Assembly: GCA_963750165.1 (NCBI GenBank)
Contig: CAVVPN010000004.1
Span: 1,152,001 to 1,216,000, forward strand
Length of the DNA stretch: 64,000 nt
Origin: an uncultured Gemmataceae bacterium
Lineage (GTDB): Bacteria; Planctomycetota; Planctomycetia; Gemmatales; Gemmataceae
Direction: 5' to 3'
Shown: positions 32,530 through 41,926 of the stretch, one piece after another
How the letters are laid out: every line of letters begins with the position of its first letter
Numbering within the stretch: the first letter of the stretch is position 1
Made by a program: the position numbers and the translations under genes
The notes under the pieces: model-generated
Told to the model about the DNA's origin: nothing
Databases searched by the model: none
Seen by the model: only the letters and a program-made list of their open reading frames with translations

Positions 32530-32703
32530 ATAGCATCGTAGGCTTTTTCAGCAGCATTCAGTTTTGCGTTCGCCAATTCTCGCAGTGTTTTCTTGTCTCC
32601 AGCTGAAGACACACCACTAGCCAGGGCGAGGACGATAGGAATTAGAACGCTGTATCTCATGATTCATCACCTCTGAAATAATGTATGAAGAATGAAGCAG
32701 CGA

Positions 32704-32773
32704 ATAAGAAAAGGGGTCGGGAGTCGATATTACGAATCTGAAAAACGTGTTATCGACTCCCGACCCCTTTTCT
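32704..32773. repeat. 70-bp palindrome, copy 3
   Basis: Identical to 5916-5985; lies in a cassette 5' leader. Confidence 0.92.
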
Positions 32774-32926
32774 CCCCCAGACGCTCTTTGGGCTTCCTCG
32801 GCATTAACTCTCAAGCGGCCGAACGACAGAGCTCAGCAGCCGGCTCACGCGGGCTAAAGCTTTGACGCACGACGAACCTTCCTTCGCGTGGCCGGTCGGC
32901 TGCAGCGTTTGGTTCGGCTCGGCTCG

Positions 32927-33586
32927 CTACCCCAACTGCCGGAGCGCCTTTTCCAGCCAGAAACAATACCACTCCAGAAAGGTGACCCGCTCTTGGCCAC
33001 CTTGTTGTAGGGGTCTGAGGCCGCCGTGGTCTGTTCGGTCATCATCCCACACATGGCCCGCCTCGGCGCCTGTTATAACCAACCACTGTCGCAACGCGCA
33101 ACCAAGATGGCAGATGGGAACTGCCCCATTGACATTGGCCGTGTTCCAGTACACGTGGTCCTCCCAAGCGTCCAGCTGACGTTGGTATTCGTCCTCCCAT
33201 TCGGGGTCGTTCTCTCGGGATTCATCATAGACCGGCTCCGCAGACAGGTCATTCCAGGGGCCGGTATGTGGGAACGGCTCGGAGAGAACGCCGACAAACC
33301 CATCGTTCTCGGTCCACGCCTTGTGTCCAAAGCCGTCGTCCATTTCGCCAAGTTTGAACAGCCCGTATGCAGGCCCTGCTCCGCCATTACCGACGCTGAT
33401 GAGGAAACCCCGGTAGTCTTGAGGCAAGGCGACACGATGACGAGCCTCAAAATCTCGCACGACTTCTTCCGGCAGTGGCGGGTGAGTGCGAAAGCCGTGC
33501 GCCTGGGAGCCGAATACCTTTAGTGGTGCGGCAGACTCCCGCAACCGACAAAGCCCTTCGCGGATCATGGCGAAGTCTTCTCTCAT
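32927..33586 (-). CDS. SMI1/KNR4 (SUKH) family protein
   Basis: LPEEVVRDFEARHRVALPQDYRGFLISVGNGGAGP...TFLEWY. Confidence 0.88.
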   Translation of the reverse strand: MREDFAMIREGLCRLRESAAPLKVFGSQAHGFRTHPPLPEEVVRDFEARHRVALPQDYRGFLISVGNGGAGPAYGLFKLGEMDDGFGHKAWTENDGFVGVLSEPFPHTGPWNDLSAEPVYDESRENDPEWEDEYQRQLDAWEDHVYWNTANVNGAVPICHLGCALRQWLVITGAEAGHVWDDDRTDHGGLRPLQQGGQERVTFLEWYCFWLEKALRQLG

Positions 33587-33822
33587 CCATCGCCTCCAGT
33601 GTAGCCGAACTACCCAGTTCACGTGCGGGCCACTTGACGTAAACTATTCGCTGCAACCGTAGTCGGCCCGTCACGTGCAACGGCTGGTTCGGGCATGTTC
33701 TCTCTTGCCTTCGACCCTTCTTCCTCGGACCCAGTGTTGCTCTCAGCGGCAGCTCCCCGTCATGGTAGTTCCGCAACAGCACCCGATCCGGGCAGGCCAA
33801 CCGCGTCAAGCCGGCATCCGCC

Positions 33823-34233
33823 TCAAGTGTCCTTGGACGGTTTGTGCAGGGGTCGCTTCCACGTATCGTACAGTGATTGCAATTCTTGCTGCCAGTAGGC
33901 TTCCTCTTCAGCGGGGCCGCCGGTAAACCGACCGAGTTGCCTCGCCAGTCCGAAGAAGCCCGGGCCAGGCTTCCCACTCACGACCGATACTGCAACCGCG
34001 CTGAGCATCGGCCGCTTTGCTTTGACCTCATCCTCGGCGATCTCCCCAAGGATCTGCCCGGTCTCCCCGGCCATATATCCGCCCTGCAGCGGGAGGCCCA
34101 TGATGACCGCAATGTCCTGGTAGGTCGTCACGCCACGGTACTCTGCGGCGCGGATGAGTTCCGCAAGCACGCGGATGTAATTGGTCGTCCCGCGGTACTT
34201 GTCTTTGACGGGGAAGTGATCGAGGATTTGCAT
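33823..34233 (-). CDS. Hypothetical cassette protein
   Basis: GGAGG RBS; TTYQDIA and PMLSAVAV..SGKPGPGFF motifs. Confidence 0.75.
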   Translation of the reverse strand: MQILDHFPVKDKYRGTTNYIRVLAELIRAAEYRGVTTYQDIAVIMGLPLQGGYMAGETGQILGEIAEDEVKAKRPMLSAVAVSVVSGKPGPGFFGLARQLGRFTGGPAEEEAYWQQELQSLYDTWKRPLHKPSKDT

Positions 34234-34329
34234 GCTGCCTCCACAGGACGACGCCGTGCGTTCCGGGCTACTCGCTCATGACGACGGGTACCGCCGGGGC
34301 GCCTTCCGGCGCGCCCGAACGACCCAGCT

Positions 34330-35866
34330 CCCACGAAAATGTATTTCTGGGACTGTGTCCACCGAGGGGACCGTCGTGGGTGGTCCTGCTCAGGCCGCCG
34401 GTTCCGCCACGGTCACCTCATAGCCCATTCTCTGCAGCCGCCGCACCAGCCTCTCCTTCAGCCGGTCCTTGTCTGCCGTCCGGTAATAGTCCGGCCCCTC
34501 TTCCTGGTACGGCCGGCGCTTGCTCAGTAGTGTGTAGGCCATCCGCAAGATCCGGTGCCCCACCGCCAGGCAGGCCCGCTTGTCCCCGCGGCGTGCCTTG
34601 ATCCGATGGTACGTCGCCCGCAGACTGCTCTCCTTGGTGTTCGCCGCTCCCCGCGCCGCCTCCACCAGCGCCTGCCGCAGCCAGCGGTTGCCCTTGCGCG
34701 TCTTGCCGCTCTTCTGCTTGCCAGCGCTCTCGTGGTTGCCTGGACACATCCCCGCCCACGACGCCAACTGACCCTCCGACTGGAACCGGCTCATGTCCAG
34801 CCCGATCTCCGCCACGATCACCTGCGCCGTCCGCTGGTTCACCCCGGGAATCTGGTCCAACAGCGCTAGCGCCTGCGCGAACGGGAGGCACACCTCGGCG
34901 ATCTTCGCATCCAAGCGGACGATGGCGTCGTCCAGGTCGCTCACCTTCTGTAATTGCTCCCGCAGCAACCAGCGCTGCGTCGCGCTCATCACCCCGCGCA
35001 GCGCTTCCTCCAATTCCGGGATCTTCGCACGCAGCTGGCCCCGCGCAGGTTGGCCAGTACGGCGGGGCTGTCCACGCCCTCGGCCAGGCTGCGTAACATG
35101 TCTCGGCCACTGGCTCCCAGTACGTCGCTGGCCACGCCGGCCAACTTGATGTTGCAGTTCTCCAGCAACTTCTGGATACGGTTGCTCTCGTCGGCGCGCT
35201 GGCGGATCACTTGCGTGCGGTAGCGCGTCAAGTCCCGCAGTTCCCGGATTTCCTTGGGGGGCACGAAACTACTGCGCAACAGGCCCACACGCAACAGGGT
35301 GGCGAGCCACTCGGCATCCTTGACATCGGTCTTGCGTCCGGGCACGTTCTTGACGTGCTGGGCGTTGACCAGGACGACCTCAATGCCGGCCTGCTCCAGG
35401 ATGTTGAACACCGGCTTCCAATACACGCCGGTGCTCTCGATGGCCACGTGCCGACAGTCCGCCTGCACCAACCACTGCGCCAACTCCTGCAAGGCGCTGG
35501 TCATGGTCCGAAAGACCCGGCGCTCGACGAGCGCATCGCCCGAGGCACCCGACTTCAAGAGGCAGGCGGTCAGGGTCTTCTTGTGGACATCAATGCCGCA
35601 GCAAATGGTCAGCACGACAGGGAGCAGCGCGTCCATCGGAGTTCTCCAGACGCCCAGGGAGCATGCAGACGCCGGCGGTGGTGGAGTCTCCCACACGGGC
35701 ATATGGGCGCTGCGCCCAAATCAGGGTGCCTCGCGGCGTCCGGGTCCAACTCTGCGTCGGGCACGATGCACCAGCTAAGTCACGACCACAGCACGTCCCC
35801 AGACGCCCTCTATCCTAGCTCGCCTCCTTTTCATCGATCAGGGGGAAATTGGTTTCATGGAGAACT
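34330..35866 (-). mobile_element. IS110-family element inserted in attC, copy 2 (1-bp frameshift near 35046)
   Basis: Near-identical to copy 1; removal restores CCGAACGACCCAG-CT-CTGCGGCGGGCC. Confidence 0.95.
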
Positions 35867-35987
35867 CTGCGGCGGGCCACTCGACTTAATGTGTCCGAGT
35901 AGACTCATATGGCCCGTCCGCAGCAGCACCTGGTTCGGACGGTTACTTTTCGACTTGGCCCCGTTCGCGCTTGGCCCAACAGGGGCT

Positions 35988-36509
35988 TCACGTGGGGCTC
36001 TCGCGCTCGCCACTGTCTGCGGCTGCGAAGGCCGCATGCATCTCGGCAGCCAAGTCCACCAGCGGCCGCCACTGGGCCGGCCACTCCGACCACCAGTGGA
36101 ACCGCCACCCCGACCACAAATCCCCGAAGACCGACAACTCATACCCGGTGCCGTCCGCCCCGCCGTACCCGCTGAGGTCCGGTTGGAGCGGCAGGGTGAG
36201 CGCCGTGACCCGGCGGAAGAACGCCTCCAACTCAGCCGAAACGAATGGGACCACCTCCAAGCCAACCAGCAGCAGCTCCGGCTCCGTCCGGACGGCGCGT
36301 GGCCGGGTCAGCGTCCACCCCTGGGCTTGCCGGACTTCCCACACCGAGGGCTGCCCGAATGAGGGGGCCACGATCAGTTGCAACCGCCGCACACCGATGC
36401 CCCGGGCGTGTACGTCGCGGCCGGCCGGGCGCGGCTCAGTGCGGATGCGCTCCCAGTCGGCCTCGTCGGCCTGTTGTAGCGTGAAGGCCCTCGCCCGACG
36501 GTTGCCCAC
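35988..36509 (-). CDS. Hypothetical cassette protein
   Basis: Fills cassette. Confidence 0.65.
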   Translation of the reverse strand: MGNRRARAFTLQQADEADWERIRTEPRPAGRDVHARGIGVRRLQLIVAPSFGQPSVWEVRQAQGWTLTRPRAVRTEPELLLVGLEVVPFVSAELEAFFRRVTALTLPLQPDLSGYGGADGTGYELSVFGDLWSGWRFHWWSEWPAQWRPLVDLAAEMHAAFAAADSGERESPT

Positions 36510-36642
36510 TCGCTCCGCCTCCGCTTCTGCATGTCCGAACGATAAGGATAAGCTGCCGGGGCCGCCTGCAACGCCTACGAGCCGCGCGAAACCATGATGG
36601 CGGCCCCGGTCAGCTTCATCCGTTTGTTATGCGGCACTTCGG

Positions 36643-37049
36643 CTAATCGCCAGAGACGATCAACCTCAGCTTCTCCGCCCTTGCAAACTCGATAAGCCAG
36701 ATCATCTTGGCGATGATCTCCAAAAGCTCCGTTTTCTTGACGACCCGCCAGATTTCGTTCTCACGGGCAGGTGTTTCATTCCAACCAGTTAGAACCTTCC
36801 ATTCATCGGGCCTGTGGGTTGCGTCTTCCCGTGCCGCTTTCAACTCGTCTTCAAGTCGATCAAGTTCATAACCGTCGATTTCGGCACCGCCATACAAGTC
36901 GACGAGTTCCTCGGCTCGCTGGACTTTGCGCCCTCGAAATAGCGATACAAATGCCAGTAGCAGCCAGTGTCATCGAGCCAAACAGACCGCTCGGGCGGAT
37001 TCACACGCGACGCGCGAAAGTTCTCGGCGACGTAGATATCGGCGGCCAT
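36643..37049 (-). CDS. Hypothetical cassette protein (frameshift near 36900)
   Basis: ORFs 36840-37049 and 36643-36897 fill one cassette. Confidence 0.55.
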
Positions 37050-37266
37050 TGGTTCGCACCCGTCTATACCGGCGAGGACTCGTCTTGCCGCATAACAACA
37101 GAGTTCACATGCGGGCCACTTGCCTCAATGTTCAACTCTCGCCTCAGATGGCCCGTCATGTGCAACATCTGGTTCGGGCATTTTCTCTCTCGACTCCGCC
37201 CCTTCTTCCTCGGCCCCGCTCTCGCGCTCACCCGCGAATCTCCACCGGGCAGTCGTGGTTCTGGCC

Positions 37267-37710
37267 TCAACGCTCGGCTCGCTGCGGGAAATCCTGAAGT
37301 TGCCGGCGCAGCGAAGCGACAGCCGCTTTCAACTCGGGTTCCCTCAGCGGGAACTCGACATAAACCTCCTCCTCTCGATTGGCCCACGGCGGCCGGGCCT
37401 CAATGGCGAAGGAGACGCGCAACTGGCGAGTCGCTCCCGTTCCGACTACCTCAAAACTCAGGTTCGGCTCGATGAAACCGCAGTACGGCTTCGCCTCGGC
37501 GCCAGCTGCGACCGCCTCCAGCCAGTCCGCCAGTTGTGTGACCTCGTAGGTGAGCAAGCTCGGGTCTCGGAACCGCCAATTGCCCCGGGGGTGTTGGACG
37601 GCCCCTTCGATGACCAACCAGTTCGAGTCGTACAAGGCAGTCGCTGCGCCAGGGAACTGATACCCGGCAATGCGCAACTCAAGCGCCATGTCACCGGTTG
37701 CCAACCTCAT
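37267..37710 (-). CDS. WapI-like immunity protein
   Basis: ELRIAGYQFP..DSNWLVI..DPSLLTYEVTQLADWL..FIEPNLSF; recognised by pattern only. Confidence 0.55.
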   Translation of the reverse strand: MRLATGDMALELRIAGYQFPGAATALYDSNWLVIEGAVQHPRGNWRFRDPSLLTYEVTQLADWLEAVAAGAEAKPYCGFIEPNLSFEVVGTGATRQLRVSFAIEARPPWANREEEVYVEFPLREPELKAAVASLRRQLQDFPQRAER

Positions 37711-37734
37711 CGCCGTCTTCTCCTCCGGCGCACT

Positions 37735-37815
37735 CGAACCTCTGATTATAGTGCGCTCTGCGCAACGTAGCACGGCCAAGCGCAACGTAGCAAGGGCATG
37801 CGCAACGTAGCAAAG
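37735..37815 (-). other. Second, internal attI site (three direct repeats)
   Basis: Same as 46334-46434 except that one 20-bp unit is missing. Confidence 0.85.
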
Positions 37816-37966
37816 GGAACGCGTTTCCCATCGCCTTTTTCTTGTACCCTCCCTCCGCGGTTCGGACAAGGAAAAAAAATTCCGCAGCGGCGTTTTTTCC
37901 TGGCACCGCCTGGCACACGCCCGTACACTAACGATAATATGCATTCCTGGTTGGAGGAGATCAGCC

Positions 37967-38720
37967 ATGTCGCCGGAAACCGTACCCCAACCGCCTCGTC
38001 TGCTCGATCAACTTCGCCAGGCAGCGTTGACCCAGTTCGGCCGACCGGAACCCGGCGAGCGTTACGCGCGCTGGGCGACCCGATTTATCCTCTTCCACCA
38101 CAAGCGCCACCCCCGCGACCTCGGCGCCGACGAGGTGCAGCACTTCCTCGAACACGTTGGCAAAACCGAAGAGCGGCCGGTGGACGCCCTCTTCGCGGCG
38201 CGCGAAGCCCTGGCCTTCCTGTATCAACAGGTGCTGGGCATCCCCCTGGAGGAAGTTCGCCTGCCCGAACCGCCCCGCCTGCTGGAGCGGGTGCGGTTGG
38301 CCCTGCGCGTGCGGCACTACTCCCCGGCCACGGAAAATTGCTACGTCACCTGGGCGGAACGCTTCATCCGCTTCCACCACCTGCGCCACCCCCGCGACAT
38401 GGGGGCCGCGGAGGTCAACGCCTTCCTGACCCACCTGGCGGTCCAGGAGCGGGTCGCCGCCAGCACCCAGAACCAGGCCCTGAATGCCCTGGTCTTCCTG
38501 TTCCAGCAGGTGCTCGATCTGGACCTGGGCCGGTTAGAGGCGGTGCGGGCGCGGCGGCCGAAGCGCCTGCCGGTGGTCCTGGCCCCCGAAGAAGTCCGGC
38601 GCGTGCTGGAAGCCGTCACGGGAGGTTCCGGGGTGCTGCGACTCATGGCCAGCCTGCTGTACGGCGCCGGGTTGCGCCGGGCCGAGTGTTGTGGCCTGCG
38701 CGTGCAGGACGTGGACCTGG
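37967..38720 (+). pseudogene. intI: Truncated duplicate of integron integrase
   Basis: Protein is identical to 46586-47339 up to VQDVDL, then cut by palindrome copy 4; lacks the catalytic K, HxxR, H and Y. Confidence 0.95.
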
Positions 38721-38790
38721 ATAAGAAAAGGGGTCGGGAGTCGATATTACGAATCTGAAAAACGTGTTATCGACTCCCGACCCCTTTTCT
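38721..38790. repeat. 70-bp palindrome, copy 4
   Basis: Identical to 5916-5985; joins the truncated intI to a half attC. Confidence 0.92.
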
Positions 38791-38837
38791 GTTCCTGGTG
38801 AGACTTCGAACCCTGATTTCACGTCATGCCGCCGCAG

Positions 38838-39371
38838 TCAGGTGCAACTTTTGGTTCGGCCGGCTTGTCCTTGCACGATATCGAAATCGGTTGAAGCGGC
38901 CGGAAGTATAGTGTCACTGCCGAGCGATTTCACATTCCAGACAAGGCGTACGTCCACAATTGAAACACCGCCAAGCGATTGTTCCACTCGCCCTGTTTTT
39001 TCGCAAATCAAATTCGGACCGAATTTCTCGCAAAAAACAATGCCCGTCCCTTCGCGATAGAACTTGATGAGCGGGAACTGATAATAAACCCGATCGGTTC
39101 TGTCGGCCTCGTTGAAATCGTCAATGTAACGCGGAAGTTCTCGATAGGGCACTGACCGGCAACCTGTTTCGTCAGCCAACCACCAACCCTTGATAATGCC
39201 ACCGATTGCGCCTTTCAGGTCGCCTTCGAGGGCTTCCGCCAAGCATAATTTTTCAAAGACAGGGAGTTCCGCGAGTGCCGTCGAGTAGGTCAACGACAGG
39301 TAGTCGAGGAAAGCCAGTTCTTGGCGACGCGGGAAGAACCATGCTAGCGAGCAAGCAATGGCGTCGGACAT
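38838..39371 (-). CDS. Hypothetical cassette protein
   Basis: Fills cassette; lower GC. Confidence 0.65.
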   Translation of the reverse strand: MSDAIACSLAWFFPRRQELAFLDYLSLTYSTALAELPVFEKLCLAEALEGDLKGAIGGIIKGWWLADETGCRSVPYRELPRYIDDFNEADRTDRVYYQFPLIKFYREGTGIVFCEKFGPNLICEKTGRVEQSLGGVSIVDVRLVWNVKSLGSDTILPAASTDFDIVQGQAGRTKSCT

Positions 39372-39543
39372 TTCGCCTTCATTCATCCGCTCGCTCCAAG
39401 GCCGAACAACCCAGTTCACGTGCGGGCCACTTGACTGGGCGTGTCCGTGTAGACTCAGTTGGCCCGTCACGTGCAACGACTGGTTCGGGCTGGTTTTTTC
39501 TTGCCTTCGACCCTTCTTCCTCGATCCCGCTCACGCGCCCAGC

Positions 39544-40227
39544 CTACACCTTGCCGAGCAACAAGTCCACCACCCAACAACCGCGGACGTGCGGGCCGGG
39601 ACCGCGGCAGTGTGACAGCATGTCGGCGTTGTCGCACCCCGCCTCCTCCAAAGCGTCAGCGAGGATCGGGAGCCGGTCGAAGGCCCGGTCGGCATAGACC
39701 CCGGCGGCGAACTGTACGACCGTGGAGGCGAGCCAGGACGGTTCAACCGAAACCGTCCGGAACGGATCCCCGACGATATCGGCGATCAGCCGGGCGACGC
39801 CCGCCCGGTCAGCCTCCCTCTGCCGGTGGATGGACTCCCCGCCCCCGGAGCGGAAGTCCCCGAAGACGGCCTCCCCGCGGAGCCGGACCACGAGCGCGGC
39901 GAACTCCTGGGCCGACTGCCAGACCATGCGGCGTGGGGAGAGCAGGAGTTGGCGGATCTTGTTCTCGGTCCGTATACCCTCCGTCATCACGAACGCGATG
40001 ACCCGCTCCGACCGCAGGCGGTTCAGCTTGTCGATTGTCACCTGCCCATCCGCGCACCCCTCAGCGGCGGCACACGCTTCGGCCAAGGTTGCCGAGGTGT
40101 ACCCCTCCGGTAGCAGGCGAAAGTACCCACAGGCCAGCAGCCGCAGTTTCCGCTCGCTCGCCTTCCCGCGTAGGCACTCCACCATCTGAGCCGGGTGGGC
40201 ACAAGCCAGCCATTCCGACTCAGTCAC
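39544..40227 (-). CDS. Gemmataceae-type expanded-family protein
   Basis: VTESEWLAC...LPILADALEEAGCDNADMLSHCRGPGPHVRGCWVVDLLLGKV. Confidence 0.85.
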   Translation of the reverse strand: MTESEWLACAHPAQMVECLRGKASERKLRLLACGYFRLLPEGYTSATLAEACAAAEGCADGQVTIDKLNRLRSERVIAFVMTEGIRTENKIRQLLLSPRRMVWQSAQEFAALVVRLRGEAVFGDFRSGGGESIHRQREADRAGVARLIADIVGDPFRTVSVEPSWLASTVVQFAAGVYADRAFDRLPILADALEEAGCDNADMLSHCRGPGPHVRGCWVVDLLLGKV

Positions 40228-40410
40228 CGCACGCCCTCCGCGCGTCCGAACAACATAGTTCACGTGCGGGCCACTCGACTCAATGTTCAGTTGCAGCCGT
40301 AGTTGGCCCGTCACGTGCAACGCCTGGTTCGGCGTTGTTTTCTCTCGACTATGTCTCTTTTACTCACGAAGCCGATTCGAGCTGCGTCCTCTTTTCTTCT
40401 CCTTTTCTTC

Positions 40411-40812
40411 TCAGGCCAACTGTCGAATAAACCATCCGATTCCAACAAGGGATAGGGTGTACACAACCCGAACGACTGCCTGAAGCAACTGCGGCGATGA
40501 GGAATTCTCAATCTTCGCCGGCGCCGCCTCCCCGCGGTGACGATCATTTGAAGCGAGACCTGAAAGCGGGTCGAGTACGAACTGCACAAGTCGCAGAAGG
40601 AGGACGAGGCCAGACGCCTGGACGATGGTCAAGATCGGTAGCTGAAAGGCAGGGACTGCAAACCAGGCCCAAAGCAAGCTCGCCCCCCAGCCAATAACTA
40701 ACAGACTAATGAGTTCCGCAAAACCGTGCGCGAGCCAGAGCAAACAGCCAGTGAGCGGCCTCGCACTACTCGGAGGGGGCTGCGTCGCGGCCGGTTTTTC
40801 GTCGCTCATCAC
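40411..40812 (-). CDS. Membrane protein
   Basis: Three hydrophobic segments; AGGAG RBS. Confidence 0.7.
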   Translation of the reverse strand: MMSDEKPAATQPPPSSARPLTGCLLWLAHGFAELISLLVIGWGASLLWAWFAVPAFQLPILTIVQASGLVLLLRLVQFVLDPLSGLASNDRHRGEAAPAKIENSSSPQLLQAVVRVVYTLSLVGIGWFIRQLA

Positions 40813-40931
40813 GTTTCATCTCCTAGTGCCGAACTCCAAGGCTAAGCTGCCGGGGCCGCCTGCAAGGCCGTTAAAGCTCGCAAACCAGAGTGGCGGCCCC
40901 GGTCAGCTTCAGCCGCTGGTTAGCCACCCCA

Positions 40932-41823
40932 TCACCACACGTTGACAAAAAGCTGCGTCTCCATCTGGCCTTGCGGCTGCACCAAGGTGATGCCCACCGT
41001 GTAGGTGGGCGTCTTGACGTTCAAGAAGCGGACGTGCGCGGCAGGCAATCCTGCTTGCACCGCGCTGTTGAAACCGCGAAACATCAGGTATTCGAGCTTG
41101 TTCCCGTCGGGCGTGGTGTACGGCGACTTGGCCAGCGTTATGGTACCGTTGGGAACATCGCACTTCTTGTAGTAAAAGCTTGCCACCTTGTCGAAATCAT
41201 CGGTCGTCAGTCCGACGAAACCGCCGGCCATGTCGTTGCTGTCGTGCCAGCTCGATACCGTCTTGGTAATGTTCGGATACTTCCATTCCTCCCACTGGCT
41301 GATTTTTCCGGCCTTGGGCAAGGCAATCTCGGTCTTTTCCTTGTCCTCTTCGTCGAGGTCCACCTGGAACTTCGGATTGCCCGGATCAGGAATGGCCTTG
41401 CCAATGGCGATGCGTGTGATCGGTTTGTGGTTGGGCGGCTCCGGACCAAAGTTGGGACCATACTCCATGTGCATCGCGATGGCGAACCCGGGACTGAGGC
41501 GGTAAATCCAATGGTGCGACGAATTCTTGCCGCTCCCACCTCCACCGAGATTGACGTTCTTGTCAAGGCGCGCCTTGTCAACGCCAAGCAGCAAGAAGGC
41601 GTTATCCTGAGAAATCGGCAAGGGCAACGCCATCAGCTTTTTCCGAATCAGGGCGACCTCCTCGTCCCTGTACAACCCGTCCGAAGGTCCTTTGCCATCC
41701 GCGTTGGGACCGCGCGTCCTCGCCGGTGGGCGACCCCTGCTGATGGATGGCGAACAGGTAGCCCGCGCCGGCACCGGCCGCAAACAGCAACAGCAGGCCA
41801 ATGATGACAAGAGCTTTGCGCAT
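40932..41823 (-). CDS. Exported hypothetical protein (frameshift after signal region)
   Basis: MRKALVIIGLLLLFAAG start in one frame, body in another. Confidence 0.6.
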
Positions 41824-41926
41824 CGAATACCCCTCGACGGATACAAGACAGCGCTGGGGACACGGCGGCTAACGACAAGGCTCTGCGGCGTTGGGGGCCA
41901 GGGTGGGCGTCAAAGCACGCAAGGCG

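Larger units (their letters stand above)
30729..32660 (-). pseudogene. Secreted protein interrupted by IS701-like element
   Basis: Removing the IS restores MRYSVLIPIVLALAS...KAYDA-MYREVKD in frame. Confidence 0.85.
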
